DNA from: an uncultured virus (IMG/VR IMGVR_UViG_3300030109_004112)
Taxonomy: Duplodnaviria; Heunggongvirae; Uroviricota; Caudoviricetes
Direction: 5' to 3' (one strand)
IMG/VR virus record: IMGVR_UViG_3300030109_004112
DNA length: 64,000 nt
Shown here: in pieces, positions 29,360 through 38,239 of the stretch
Layout: each line of letters starts with the position of its first letter
Position numbering within the stretch: the stretch's first letter is position 1
Program-made: the position numbers and the translations under genes
Notes under the pieces: generated by a model
The model's input: only the letters and a program-made list of their open reading frames with translations
What the model was told of the DNA's origin: nothing
The model's database searches: none

Positions 29360-29721
29360 CTTATGTTGATTTTGATTCTCTTTGCTCCTGTACCATCCCA
29401 AACTGGCTCAAGACCATACTTAGATAGTATCTCCACAATGAAGTCACCGTCGCCAGCCCATGACAAGAAACACTCTTTTTCACTTCGTAGATTGTGGTCA
29501 TCTTGACTATGGAAGAATACTACCTTCTCGTGCTTTCCTTTGGGAACAGCATCCCAACCGCAAGTTTGACAACACCAAAAGTTCATCCTAGAAAAATATC
29601 CGTGGCTCCTCAAGTCTTTGAAAGCCGCCCTTATTCTTGGGTAGCCTCCATATCCGGTTGCACTACGATATTCCCGAAACATAAACACCCCATCCTCATT
29701 GAAATACTCTTCATTAACCAT
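29335..29721 (-). CDS. DUF6891-like protein
   Basis: AFKDLRSHGYFSRMNFWCCQTCG...VVFFHSQD...LSW...WDG. Confidence 0.6.
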   Translation of the reverse strand: MVNEEYFNEDGVFMFREYRSATGYGGYPRIRAAFKDLRSHGYFSRMNFWCCQTCGWDAVPKGKHEKVVFFHSQDDHNLRSEKECFLSWAGDGDFIVEILSKYGLEPVWDGTGAKRIKINIRNSPNQKD

Positions 29722-30002
29722 CAGAATTCCCCTCCTAGAACTGGCGAATCCCCTTCTGCTAGAGGGGCATCCACCGATTCCTCCTCGTTCTTCTCAATCC
29801 AATCAATCTCATCATCGGGAACGTCATCTTCATAATAGATTGCATCTACCGGACACTCGGAAACGCAAGCATTACAGTCTATACAATCGTCAGGGTCTAT
29901 CACCAAGTAAGTATCTAATTCTCTGAATGCGTCCACAGGACAAACTGCTACGCAATCTTGGTACTTATGACCAACACAAGCCGAAGTTACTACATAGGTC
30001 AT
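29721..30002 (-). CDS. fdxA: 7Fe ferredoxin ([3Fe-4S]+[4Fe-4S]), FdxA type
   Basis: [22 protein letters not shown]...[28 protein letters not shown]. Confidence 0.9.
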   Translation of the reverse strand: MTYVVTSACVGHKYQDCVAVCPVDAFRELDTYLVIDPDDCIDCNACVSECPVDAIYYEDDVPDDEIDWIEKNEEESVDAPLAEGDSPVLGGEF

Positions 30003-30238
30003 CCACTAATCACCTCATCTATCTCAAGAAGAACCTCGTTACCTTCTTCTGCGCTCTCAACCTCTTTGTAGGAAAGGTCACCAATGCGCCTGAGTTTCTC
30101 TCTTAATTGCCTGACTTCTGTGAGTGCCCACAAACAATGTCTTCGCTCAATCCTTCCTTCATTCATAGCATTCCTAAACTCGGTAAGATGGTATGGGTGA
30201 ATATCTCTAGTTTCGTAATATTTGTCTGTGTCAATCAT
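29999..30238 (-). CDS. Hypothetical protein (MIDTDKY start)
   Basis: ATGA-coupled at both ends. Confidence 0.6.
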   Translation of the reverse strand: MIDTDKYYETRDIHPYHLTEFRNAMNEGRIERRHCLWALTEVRQLREKLRRIGDLSYKEVESAEEGNEVLLEIDEVISG

Positions 30239-30384
30239 TCTTCTTCACCTCTCTCAATCATTTTTGCATCGCAAGTGGGACAGTGCCATGCGTGGGAATC
30301 AATGTTCCATGTCTCATCACACTTAGGACAATACCCATCCTCATACCAATCCATGTGTCCTTCGTATTTGTCTGTGTCAATCAT
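30235..30384 (-). CDS. Zn-ribbon protein (49 aa, MIDTDKY start, not in ORF track)
   Basis: MIDTDKYEGHMDWYEDGYCPKC...[21 protein letters not shown] overlaps at both ends. Confidence 0.65.
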   Translation of the reverse strand: MIDTDKYEGHMDWYEDGYCPKCDETWNIDSHAWHCPTCDAKMIERGEEE

Positions 30385-30581
30385 TCTTCTCCCCCCTTCG
30401 GGAACATCATGGCTGCGTATATGCTAAAGGTGTCCCATGCTATACCCAAATCCGCATCATGGCAGCGGTATGCTTCATGTAGCACCTCTCTTGCTTGCTC
30501 TCTCGTTAGACGAGGAACATACAATAACACATCATCAACACACCATACAATGTGGATATGGTCGCCGTCTTCGCTAATCAT
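30381..30581 (-). CDS. Hypothetical protein (MISEDGDH start)
   Basis: IVWCVDDV...LTREQAREVL...HDADLGIAWDT. Confidence 0.6.
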   Translation of the reverse strand: MISEDGDHIHIVWCVDDVLLYVPRLTREQAREVLHEAYRCHDADLGIAWDTFSIYAAMMFPKGGEE

Positions 30582-30805
30582 TCTTCCATCGCCTCCACAA
30601 TTTCTTTTACAATATTAGCAATCAGGCTTGGAGATACAAACGGAGTCATACCTTCTGCGTCTCTATACGCATTGAGATATGAACCGCGAGCGGTGTTGGA
30701 AGCCTCTTCAAAATCCATTCCCAAATACTCCATCATTATTTCGTCTATCACTTCATTCATTACTCTTCCCCCTCGTATCTGAATCTGTATTCTTCGCCAT
30801 CCCAA
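30578..30805 (-). CDS. Hypothetical protein
   Basis: ORF; probable start MNEVIDE. Confidence 0.5.
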   Translation of the reverse strand: MGWRRIQIQIRGGRVMNEVIDEIMMEYLGMDFEEASNTARGSYLNAYRDAEGMTPFVSPSLIANIVKEIVEAMEE

Positions 30806-31095
30806 TAGTATTCACCCTCACCGTTTTCATTCCAATGTTCAAGAAGTTCCTCGGCTTTCTGCAAGTGGTAACGCAACCGCTTGAATTCTGCTAGGAGAAG
30901 TGGTGCGTCATAGATAAGTTTCATATCAGGATGCGTATTCTTAGAACCGTAGTATTTATCGGGAACTTCTTCATGTCTTGCAACGACAGTCCAAGGTGCT
31001 TTGCGTGTACTACCCCAAGGCGCAGGTGTGTGTCCTAAGTATCCGTCTGTGTCAATTTCTAGTCCATACCAATGGTCGCCGTCTTCGCTAATCAT
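30760..31095 (-). CDS. Hypothetical protein (MISEDGDH start, HTPAPW motif)
   Basis: GHTPAPW...DMKLIYDAPLLLAE; ATGA overlap. Confidence 0.6.
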   Translation of the reverse strand: MISEDGDHWYGLEIDTDGYLGHTPAPWGSTRKAPWTVVARHEEVPDKYYGSKNTHPDMKLIYDAPLLLAEFKRLRYHLQKAEELLEHWNENGEGEYYWDGEEYRFRYEGEE

Positions 31096-31664
31096 TCCTC
31101 TTCCTCCATCCATCTCTTTGCATGGTAATCCCAAGCCGGTAGATTGTGCGTTTCCATCAATTCCACCAGTTCACTCATAGCAGTGCGGTTGTTCTTGGTA
31201 AACATATTGCGACGGCGAGGAGGACAACTGCCATCATAGGTTCCCTTTTTGTTAATCCATGCCGCACTATCTACCATAATACCGGTAAATTCCTCTATGA
31301 AATCAAGCAATACAGAACCTCTCATTAGAGCATCTTGTAATGCTTGGGCCAAGACTTGTTCTCTATCGAACTGTATTGAATTTTCGCTCTTGTCTTCGGA
31401 GTGTTTGCCCCAAGCGAAGCCGCCGTTCCCCTTCGTTCCAAAGAAGGTCATTATCTCTGCTAGGTTTTCGTCCCTCCAACTGTATAGTTTCCAATCAGCA
31501 ATATTCTGATTCTTCATCCAATCATCCCCGTAGTGTATCTTAATAGTTCTACCAAAGCCGGGGTAGCCATCTTGATAGGTATAGGTGGATTTCTTATCCC
31601 TATTACCTATCATCTCTATGTCCTTGTATGCTCGCTTCTCTTCTGTTTCTTTTTCTGTTTTCAT
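31092..31664 (-). CDS. Hypothetical protein
   Basis: ORF; start refined to MKTEKE (GGAGTGA RBS). Confidence 0.55.
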   Translation of the reverse strand: MKTEKETEEKRAYKDIEMIGNRDKKSTYTYQDGYPGFGRTIKIHYGDDWMKNQNIADWKLYSWRDENLAEIMTFFGTKGNGGFAWGKHSEDKSENSIQFDREQVLAQALQDALMRGSVLLDFIEEFTGIMVDSAAWINKKGTYDGSCPPRRRNMFTKNNRTAMSELVELMETHNLPAWDYHAKRWMEEEE

Positions 31665-31774
31665 TTTATTCACTCCAATATATTTTTCCTTGGTTATACA
31701 GTATCTCAAAATTAGGTGGTCTTGTATCGTTCGTCATCTTCTTCCGCTCCTATATTCTCCTGTCGTCTTGAGTC

Positions 31775-31801
31775 TATAATCCTTTTGCTTTGGTGAGTTT
31801 T
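31775..31801 (-). promoter_or_regulatory. Conserved viral promoter element, copy 5
   Basis: Minus strand AAAACTCACCAAAGCAAAAGGATTATA. Confidence 0.75.
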
Positions 31802-31810
31802 AGGGGTATC

Positions 31811-32035
31811 TTAATAATTCGTGTATTTCTTGTCAGGTCTAGGGGGGTAGATTTCCCCTGCTATTCTTTCAAAGTCCTTTTCGTTTAGTTGAATACAATT
31901 ACCGTTAAGATACCATGATGTAATGTCGGACATAACGGTGTCGCCCTTCCAACGGAAGGCTACGGCGATGTCGTATTCACCCATATCATCTTTCTTCATT
32001 TGTGTTAGGACATCTAACAATTCATCAACCTTCAT
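31811..32035 (-). CDS. Hypothetical protein
   Basis: ATGA-coupled. Confidence 0.55.
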   Translation of the reverse strand: MKVDELLDVLTQMKKDDMGEYDIAVAFRWKGDTVMSDITSWYLNGNCIQLNEKDFERIAGEIYPPRPDKKYTNY

Positions 32036-32334
32036 TCTTCCACCTCTTTTTTTGCCTTCGCTAATCGTTCAGCCTCTTCCTTTACAACATACCACACGCT
32101 AGAGGAGTCTACAAGGGCCTGTACTACCGGCGGTAGCAAGACTAGAGTTTTTCGTAACTCCCTTTCCACAGAATAAGATATTCCGTAATCTTTCGGCAAG
32201 ACACCGCTCAGAGTATCCGCAAAATGCTCGTCAACCTCTTGTAAATCCTCTAATAAATGAGTGATAAGTTCGCTATACCTATCAAGGTGGTCTAGTAGTT
32301 CTTGACTGTAATCCATACTCACCACTCCTCCCAA
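32032..32334 (-). CDS. Hypothetical protein
   Basis: ORF; likely start MDYSQ. Confidence 0.55.
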   Translation of the reverse strand: MGGVVSMDYSQELLDHLDRYSELITHLLEDLQEVDEHFADTLSGVLPKDYGISYSVERELRKTLVLLPPVVQALVDSSSVWYVVKEEAERLAKAKKEVEE

Positions 32335-32543
32335 TCAAAAACGAGTCCCGCTATTGCTCTCGCTACTTGTGAAGGACTTATCCATGAGCCTCTCACATAG
32401 CACCCTCTCTCATTCGTCCAAGCAGTATGCAAGGACATACCACAGGCCGCGTAACACGCCCTGTCTACTTCTCTCATCTCGGGTCGTAAGAACCACTCGC
32501 GCCTAAAACCTTCATCAAATGCATTAGTATCTCTATACATCAC
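32319..32543 (-). CDS. Hypothetical protein
   Basis: GTGA-coupled ORF. Confidence 0.5.
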   Translation of the reverse strand: MMYRDTNAFDEGFRREWFLRPEMREVDRACYAACGMSLHTAWTNERGCYVRGSWISPSQVARAIAGLVFDWEEW

Positions 32544-32698
32544 TCTTCCTCCTCGTATATTTTCTGTAACATTCGGTAAGCGGTCGCACTCAGTACCTTA
32601 TCCACCTGAGTCTTTCTCCAAAAACCCAACTGCCCGTTGTACTTGTTCACTCCTCTAACTTTCTTTCCCTTGTTGTATCTACTTCTCTGTTTGCTCAT
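32540..32698 (-). CDS. Small basic protein (52 aa, not in ORF track)
   Basis: MSKQRSRYNKGKKVRG...YEEEE; ATG 41 nt from promoter copy 6 core. Confidence 0.55.
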   Translation of the reverse strand: MSKQRSRYNKGKKVRGVNKYNGQLGFWRKTQVDKVLSATAYRMLQKIYEEEE

Positions 32699-32721
32699 AG
32701 TTTTTCCTCCTATTTCAATCC

Positions 32722-32748
32722 TATAATCTTTTTGTTTCGGTGAGTTTT
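32722..32748 (-). promoter_or_regulatory. Conserved viral promoter element, copy 6
   Basis: Minus strand AAAACTCACCGAAACAAAAAGATTATA. Confidence 0.75.
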
Positions 32749-33022
32749 ATCTTCTTCCTTGGAGATAAGGTAAGGACTGATAGTAAAGTGTCGAGGCTAA
32801 TTCCGGCTCATCTATCAGCCTTTTGATGTCCTCTCTGCGCTTGATTAACTCCGACCGTTGCTCTTCAATAACATTCTCAAGCCTTTGCTTTTCTTCAAAG
32901 GTAGCATCTAGTTGTCGTTCCATAAATTCCATTCTTTCCTCATGGTTCATTACATCCCAAACTGCCAGTCTCAATTCAATCTCATATCCTAAGTCTTTCT
33001 CAAACTTCATCTTGTCACTCAT
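32747..33022 (-). CDS. Coiled-coil hypothetical protein
   Basis: GAGGTGA RBS. Confidence 0.6.
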   Translation of the reverse strand: MSDKMKFEKDLGYEIELRLAVWDVMNHEERMEFMERQLDATFEEKQRLENVIEEQRSELIKRREDIKRLIDEPELASTLYYQSLPYLQGRR

Positions 33023-33194
33023 TCTATCACCTCACCATAGAGTGTCTCCAAGTATTCGGGACCGGCGCAATCAGAACAAATTACAATCTGACCGAAGCCT
33101 TGTTGGTAATGCAAGTCGTGGCCCTTTCCTATATATGGACGATATAATAGATTGCAGTAGTCGCAAGGATAATGATACTCAAAGATGTCAAAAC

Positions 33195-33647
33195 TCATTG
33201 TTCTTCATCTCCTATGTAGTAAGGACTGCATTCATCTTCTTGTTCCGCCTTTAACCAACAGTGAGGGCATTCCATCTCCTCTCTCTCTTTTGTATTATTA
33301 TTCCACATGTATGCGACAAACTGCTCACTGTTACATGAGCATCTATTTAGTAATCTATGGCCGTCCCTCTCGACATCATAGAATTCCCAGTAGCCTCCGG
33401 TGTCTATGGTTTGTGACCACTTCCATACATTCTCCACTTCTTCCTGTATCATGGCGGGCCATGTCTGATACTGCTTCCCGGTGTAGTCGGTCTTCCACTC
33501 CAATCCAATCCTTTCCGTGTTTCGTCTCAGAATCTTGGTTTTGTTGGGATGGTATCGAAATCTTATGGACTCATAATACCAATCGTCATAATCCCTACCG
33601 GGGTTTTCTTCTTCAAACTGCTCTCTACTCAATATGTTTATCATCAT
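33195..33647 (-). CDS. Hypothetical protein with C-terminal Zn finger
   Basis: CSC...CPHC; AAGGTGA RBS. Confidence 0.55.
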   Translation of the reverse strand: MMINILSREQFEEENPGRDYDDWYYESIRFRYHPNKTKILRRNTERIGLEWKTDYTGKQYQTWPAMIQEEVENVWKWSQTIDTGGYWEFYDVERDGHRLLNRCSCNSEQFVAYMWNNNTKEREEMECPHCWLKAEQEDECSPYYIGDEEQ

Positions 33648-33672
33648 TTCACCTTCTTATTTTTCTATCTTG

Positions 33673-33702
33673 GAGGGAGGGCCGGCTGACCGACCCCCCC
33701 TC
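33673..33702 (-). terminator. GC-rich 13-bp hairpin downstream of ardC
   Basis: GAGGGGGGGTCGG-TCAG-CCGGCCCTCCCTC. Confidence 0.5.
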
Positions 33703-33711
33703 GTTCTAGTC

Positions 33712-34773
33712 TCACTCCTTGGCCTCCACCCCGAAGTATTCGGGGAGTAGGTACTCGCAAACCTTCTGAGCCTTGGAAGCCGCCGAGAAGATAAACTTCT
33801 GTCCGTCGTCCTTGGCATCCTTGATGGCTTTCAGCCATGACTTCATGTACGCCGCGTGGTTTTCCATATTCTCCTCTATGGAGGTATCTTCGATACCTAG
33901 GGCTATGCACATCATCGAGGCCGACATCTCCGCCACCAATTCCTCGTAAGCATAATCCTCACTACCGAACCGACCCGACATATCTCTATCTAGTCTTTCG
34001 GGATGTCCCGTCCAGTGAGCCATCTCATGAGAGATGGTAGCACATCGACCCGTCGGGGTCTTGAAGTGCTTCCTTTCCGGTACTTGGATATAATCTACTG
34101 CCATGTTATAGAAGGCGGAGCCTCCTCCCTCGCGGAAGTCTATCTTGTGTTCCTTCAAGAGAGAATCAATATGCTCCTCTGCTTCGGTCTTGGCCGTTTC
34201 GGTTTCCTTCTTGGTGGGCTTCTTCTTCTTGGGAATCGGCAGCCCTGTCTGAGACTTGTTGAACACCATGAAGAACCGCTGAATCCAAACGCTCCGCGTC
34301 TCCCTCTTCTTTTCTCCGGTCTTTTCGTCTTCGACTTCGTTTGTGTAGGATTTCATTTCGTAGAAGACAACCGGGAAAGATGCCTGTCCCTTCTTGACCC
34401 CATAGTAAGCCGTAGGCTTCTTCCATGTTCCGCCATCCTTCTTCGTGACTTCCTTGAACTCACCCTTCTTGACGGCATGCTTCGCTGACTCCTTCTTCCA
34501 AAAGTCGAAGGTTCCCCACTCATCACTCTTGAACCCCTCACTAGACTTGAATAACATCAAAGACCATACATTTATGCCCTTGTAAGGGGTCTTCTTTGAA
34601 CCGGTTGATGCCCTGATGGGTAGCCCATCAAGTAGTGCTCCGGCTCCGTCCCATGGCTTTTGCCAAGGACGGACGCCCCTCTTGAGTTGGTCGGTTATTA
34701 CACCGGCCACCTTCTTGTGAGCGTTCTTGGCTCTCTCTTTCGCTGTCATCTTTTTCACTTCCTTTGCTATCAT
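33712..34773 (-). CDS. ardC: ArdC-family antirestriction / ssDNA-binding protein with zincin domain
   Basis: RPWQKPW, YKGINV, WGTF, FMVFNKSQ, AFYN..DYIQVP, HEMAHWTGHPERLDR, YAYEELVAE. Confidence 0.9.
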   Translation of the reverse strand: MIAKEVKKMTAKERAKNAHKKVAGVITDQLKRGVRPWQKPWDGAGALLDGLPIRASTGSKKTPYKGINVWSLMLFKSSEGFKSDEWGTFDFWKKESAKHAVKKGEFKEVTKKDGGTWKKPTAYYGVKKGQASFPVVFYEMKSYTNEVEDEKTGEKKRETRSVWIQRFFMVFNKSQTGLPIPKKKKPTKKETETAKTEAEEHIDSLLKEHKIDFREGGGSAFYNMAVDYIQVPERKHFKTPTGRCATISHEMAHWTGHPERLDRDMSGRFGSEDYAYEELVAEMSASMMCIALGIEDTSIEENMENHAAYMKSWLKAIKDAKDDGQKFIFSAASKAQKVCEYLLPEYFGVEAKE

Positions 34774-34810
34774 ACTTCTTCCTCCTTGCTCTCATATTGT
34801 CCTGTACTTG

Positions 34811-34843
34811 CTAGTTAATATACCTTTCGCTTTGGTGAGTTTT
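34811..34843 (-). promoter_or_regulatory. Conserved viral promoter element, copy 7
   Basis: Minus strand AAAACTCACCAAAGCGAAAGGTATATTAACTAG. Confidence 0.8.
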
Positions 34844-34844
34844 A

Positions 34845-35045
34845 CTATTCCGATGTAATGCCGAACCGGATTTCACCAATTTTTCCATAGTAGTCCTCCA
34901 TCAATCTTTCCATCTGTTCGGGGGTTACGGTGAATCCCTCCGGTCCACTGTTCCGCACCGAGTTGATGATATAATTCATGAACTGTGTTAGCAGTCGGTT
35001 CTCCGCCTGTAATTTCCAAAGGTACTTCTCCTCTATATCCGTCAT
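34845..35045 (-). CDS. Hypothetical protein
   Basis: ATGA-coupled. Confidence 0.55.
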   Translation of the reverse strand: MTDIEEKYLWKLQAENRLLTQFMNYIINSVRNSGPEGFTVTPEQMERLMEDYYGKIGEIRFGITSE

Positions 35046-35344
35046 TGGCCCTCACACCCCCTTTGTCTATCTTCCTCTTCCATCTCTGCGGTAAGACCGC
35101 TAGTATCTTCCAATCTTTGTTCTATTGTGCTGAATAAATCATTGATTCTATCGTGTTCTTCGGGGAAAACAAATGGGCTTATCTCTATGAATTCGGACAT
35201 AGCCCCTGCAAATTTCTCATACTCATCTAACATTCTCTGTGCTTCCTTTTTCAATTCCTCAGGAGTAAGTCTTTCCGCATTTCTCCCAAATCCTTGCATC
35301 ATTTCTTCTTCATTTAGTTCACTCATATCTATCCCCCCATTCAC
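35042..35344 (-). CDS. Acidic helical hypothetical protein
   Basis: ORF; likely start MSELNEE. Confidence 0.55.
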   Translation of the reverse strand: MNGGIDMSELNEEEMMQGFGRNAERLTPEELKKEAQRMLDEYEKFAGAMSEFIEISPFVFPEEHDRINDLFSTIEQRLEDTSGLTAEMEEEDRQRGCEGQ

Positions 35345-35651
35345 TTATCAACTCGCCTAACTCACCTGACATATCATCCGGCTCCCCAATCGCTGCCATG
35401 CAAAAATCCATCAGTTCCGTGTGGTCGTAGGGGTCGCCATTCTCATTCATATAAATTTGCGCCGCTACGCAAGTCAGGTTGTATCTCATTTGTAGGTAGT
35501 TCTCTTTGGTTCGTTGCTGTGCCTCTGCCAGTAAAACATGTATTTCCCGCAAACTTTCAATTTCGCGGGTTTGGTCTTCCACTGTTTGGTAGAGTTCATG
35601 CAATGTCTCAAATAGTTTCTCTGCTTCATGCGTCATTCTTCTCGTCCTCAA
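35319..35651 (-). CDS. Coiled-coil hypothetical protein
   Basis: Downstream of promoter copy 8; likely start MTHEAEK. Confidence 0.55.
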   Translation of the reverse strand: MRTRRMTHEAEKLFETLHELYQTVEDQTREIESLREIHVLLAEAQQRTKENYLQMRYNLTCVAAQIYMNENGDPYDHTELMDFCMAAIGEPDDMSGELGELISEWGDRYE

Positions 35652-35665
35652 ATATACTAGGAATC

Positions 35666-35699
35666 GCTAGTTAATATACCTTTCGGTTTGGTGAGTTTT
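35666..35699 (-). promoter_or_regulatory. Conserved viral promoter element, copy 8
   Basis: Minus strand AAAACTCACCAAACCGAAAGGTATATTAACTAGC, nearly identical to copy 7. Confidence 0.8.
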
Positions 35700-35789
35700 A
35701 TCATTTATGTTACGTTTCTCTATTAGTTTTCTTGGTGGATGAATTTTCATTTTCTGCAACCGGTTTTTATGTTACTCCCATAAACGACC

Positions 35790-35828
35790 AAAAAAAATTA
35801 GGATTGGGGAGCCGAAGCCCCCCAACCC
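35790..35828 (-). terminator. Hairpin plus oligo-T terminator
   Basis: GGGTTGGGGGGC-TTCG-GCTCCCCAATCC then TAA and T8, right after ORF 35839..36123. Confidence 0.75.
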
Positions 35829-35838
35829 ATTTACGTAA

Positions 35839-36123
35839 TCAAGCGGTCAAATATTCGCCCGACTTTACCTTGGCCCTAACATCCTTTATGCTGTCCTCGT
35901 TCAAGAACTGCAATAGGTAGCGGTTAGTTGTCGCGCTGTAAAAATCCCAGTAGGGTTCATACAGGGTGACGGTTCCGTACTTCAAATCTCCAAGGCCCCC
36001 CGCCTTCGTTGCTACTTTGCTGCTGTAAGATTGGAAGGTTACGCCGTCATTAGTCTGTATTATGAACTGATTGGCCGCATATCCCCCGCTCGCGGTTCTC
36101 ATGTTTTCCACCTTCATTCTCAC
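35839..36123 (-). CDS. Phage hypothetical protein
   Basis: MKVENM...ANQFII...FQSYSSKVA...WDFYSATTNRYLLQFL. Confidence 0.65.
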   Translation of the reverse strand: MRMKVENMRTASGGYAANQFIIQTNDGVTFQSYSSKVATKAGGLGDLKYGTVTLYEPYWDFYSATTNRYLLQFLNEDSIKDVRAKVKSGEYLTA

Positions 36124-36344
36124 GCCTCCCTAGATATCACACCATCGGAAACGAGGGCATCGTAGTTCTCCATCCACGAAACCAATACATTATTAGCCTC
36201 GCCTTCGGACATGCCGTAACCGTTCATCAGGAACGGGGCCGCACCGAACATATTAGTTATGCCCGATTGCCTCAGTGCTTCAAGGTACTCGTAGTACCCT
36301 GACCATTCTTCGTTGTATGCTTTTTCATTCTTCGTTTTCTCCAT
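36120..36344 (-). CDS. Phage hypothetical protein (LRxSGxTNMF motif)
   Basis: YLEALRQSGITNMFGAAPFL; GGAGG RBS. Confidence 0.65.
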   Translation of the reverse strand: MEKTKNEKAYNEEWSGYYEYLEALRQSGITNMFGAAPFLMNGYGMSEGEANNVLVSWMENYDALVSDGVISREA

Positions 36345-36534
36345 TTCTATTCCTCCTTGTCTTGATGTAGTTGAGAGCATCAATGGTAGATTGTAGTCCA
36401 TTGTATGCTGAACCCTTTTCAATCTCGTGATTCATGAGAAGGTCTAGGGCCCTGTTTGCCCTGTCAAGGTACTCCTTGAGCATCTTGTTCTCTTCCAGTA
36501 GGTCTGCTAGGATGTCGTCATAATCGACTATCAT
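36325..36534 (-). CDS. Coiled-coil hypothetical protein
   Basis: Start MIVDYDD by ATGA overlap. Confidence 0.55.
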   Translation of the reverse strand: MIVDYDDILADLLEENKMLKEYLDRANRALDLLMNHEIEKGSAYNGLQSTIDALNYIKTRRNRNGENEE

Positions 36535-36662
36535 CGGTTGTCCCTCCATCGGGATGCTCCCTTTGAGAAGCCCACAAAAGTCCAGTTAGGACTTGAGGGG
36601 TAGCCCCAGTCGTTCAGGTCAGCCTTTGGTATCTTGCTAATGGTTCGGGTCTTTTCCGCCAT
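36531..36662 (-). CDS. Small protein (43 aa, not in ORF track)
   Basis: MAEKTRTISKIPKADLNDWGYP...; ATG 41 nt from promoter copy 9 core. Confidence 0.5.
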   Translation of the reverse strand: MAEKTRTISKIPKADLNDWGYPSSPNWTFVGFSKGASRWRDNR

Positions 36663-36682
36663 GAAACTCCTTTTTTTCTCAA

Positions 36683-36712
36683 CTACTTAATGCTTTTGCT
36701 TCGGTGAGTTTT
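36683..36712 (-). promoter_or_regulatory. Conserved viral promoter element, copy 9
   Basis: Minus strand AAAACTCACCGAAGCAAAAGCATTAAGTAG. Confidence 0.75.
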
Positions 36713-36717
36713 ACTTA

Positions 36718-37049
36718 TTATGTTACGCTTTTCTCAGAAGTTTATTTTATGTTACGCTTTTCTTTTTCTACGCGCACAAAGTCTCAAATATATGTTACGC
36801 ATAATCTTCTCTCTTTTATGTTACGTAGTTACAGGAGCCCAAAATTATGTTACGCAATTACTGGGGATAAAAAAAGAGAGCGTAACATATATCTCACTCC
36901 TCCTCCTCGCGTGGGCAGGTGACGCATCGGTACGTAACATATCTCTCGCGGGTCTGCCTGTTGAGCATCACGTATCTACTGTCTGCCCGCACGTAACATA
37001 TACAACATCGTGCGCCGAGGGGAGCAGTGGAAATCTCAAGCGTAACATA
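36718..37049. repeat. TATGTTACG box cluster (5 forward then 4 reverse)
   Basis: Forward at about 36718, 36747, 36791, 36816, 36845; reverse CGTAACATA at 36881, 36933, 36992, 37041. Confidence 0.9.
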
Positions 37050-37063
37050 TTTCTCTGAGTCTC

Positions 37064-37324
37064 TCACTCCTCCCCCTCCTTGTGTTTTTCGATTGCATCC
37101 CTCTCATAGTCTGTCAGTCTTCGGCGTGACCTACCTGACTCGTCCTCCCCCTTGAGCCGTCGATGTGCTACCATCTCTTCCGGGTACAGCATCCCTGCTA
37201 ACTCTGCCCTCGCGTGTACGCTCTGCGGCTTCATGATGAAGTCGTGGGCGAACTCTTCGGGGTCACGGCCGAGGAGGCGGCGGAAGCGTCGGACGCCTCT
37301 CTTTCGGTCTTCTGCCCTGCTCAC
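37064..37324 (-). CDS. Basic hypothetical protein
   Basis: GTGA-coupled, GAGGTGG RBS. Confidence 0.55.
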   Translation of the reverse strand: MSRAEDRKRGVRRFRRLLGRDPEEFAHDFIMKPQSVHARAELAGMLYPEEMVAHRRLKGEDESGRSRRRLTDYERDAIEKHKEGEE

Positions 37325-37590
37325 GCTTCCACCTCCTCTATACGTCCTTCCACCCACCAATCATACCAATCCTTGTAATCCAAAGACGCCTCACCTATGC
37401 AAAATATCGGCAGGTAATCGGTCGGACACCTGCGGTATCCTTGCGCCCTATCCCACTTTCTGACGGCTAGCAGGGATTCGTGAAATTTTTCTGCGGTGGG
37501 CCAGTAGTCGGTAATTTCTAAGACCATTTGCCGCGCTCTTTCGATTTGCCACCGTGATGATTTTTTCATCAGCCTTCGCGTTTTTCTCAT
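37321..37590 (-). CDS. Hypothetical protein
   Basis: ATGA-coupled. Confidence 0.55.
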   Translation of the reverse strand: MRKTRRLMKKSSRWQIERARQMVLEITDYWPTAEKFHESLLAVRKWDRAQGYRRCPTDYLPIFCIGEASLDYKDWYDWWVEGRIEEVEA

Positions 37591-38036
37591 GACTCACACC
37601 CCCCGCACACGGCTTGTGAATAGTCCTTGGGATTGACTCGGCTCATGACGTGCAACGGGCCGCGACCCTTGCACCTCACACACGCCGCGTATCTGCCGTG
37701 TATGATGCCCGGAGGTAGGATTGAGACTAGTGCCCAATCCCACCCGGTCTTTTTCTTTCGGCGGGCCGCTCGCTTTCTTGCCGCTGCTGCCCTTGCTATT
37801 TTTGCCCGTCTTTGGGCGGCTGCCGCCGCGAGCGTCATTTGCTCCGCGTCGCTGGTGGCGTGGTTTGTGTTCCCCTTCCGGTCAGAGTACGACCGCGACA
37901 GCACACACGTCTTGTAATGCTGACGTGATGGGCAGCCGCACGGCCGCCTCTTGATGTTGCCCCGGCCGGAGCCGCCGCTGTTCCCCTTGGCGCGGCTGTC
38001 GCCCTTGGCCCCCTTGGTGATGACTCGCTTGGTCAT
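37587..38036 (-). CDS. Highly basic Cys-rich putative nucleic-acid-binding protein
   Basis: CGC..H..C, AAAARKRAARRKKK helix, CVRC...CGGC. Confidence 0.55.
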   Translation of the reverse strand: MTKRVITKGAKGDSRAKGNSGGSGRGNIKRRPCGCPSRQHYKTCVLSRSYSDRKGNTNHATSDAEQMTLAAAAAQRRAKIARAAAARKRAARRKKKTGWDWALVSILPPGIIHGRYAACVRCKGRGPLHVMSRVNPKDYSQAVCGGCES

Positions 38037-38239
38037 GCGAGACACCCCCTCTTACAGTTAGGGCACTTTTCGGGATAGTCATCATCAAGAATCCACAGAG
38101 GGGAGCCGTACTCGTCCAGTGTCTTCCCGTCCCAAGTCTTCCCGGTCCTATGGGGGAAAATGAAACAGGCGTCTTCTAGGTGAAAGTGATAGTCGCACCA
38201 CTCCAACCCTCCACGGCATCTAATGATGGGGCTGCTCAC
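38033..38239 (-). CDS. Small Zn-finger protein
   Basis: C...C...CPNC; coupled overlaps. Confidence 0.5.
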   Translation of the reverse strand: MSSPIIRCRGGLEWCDYHFHLEDACFIFPHRTGKTWDGKTLDEYGSPLWILDDDYPEKCPNCKRGCLA

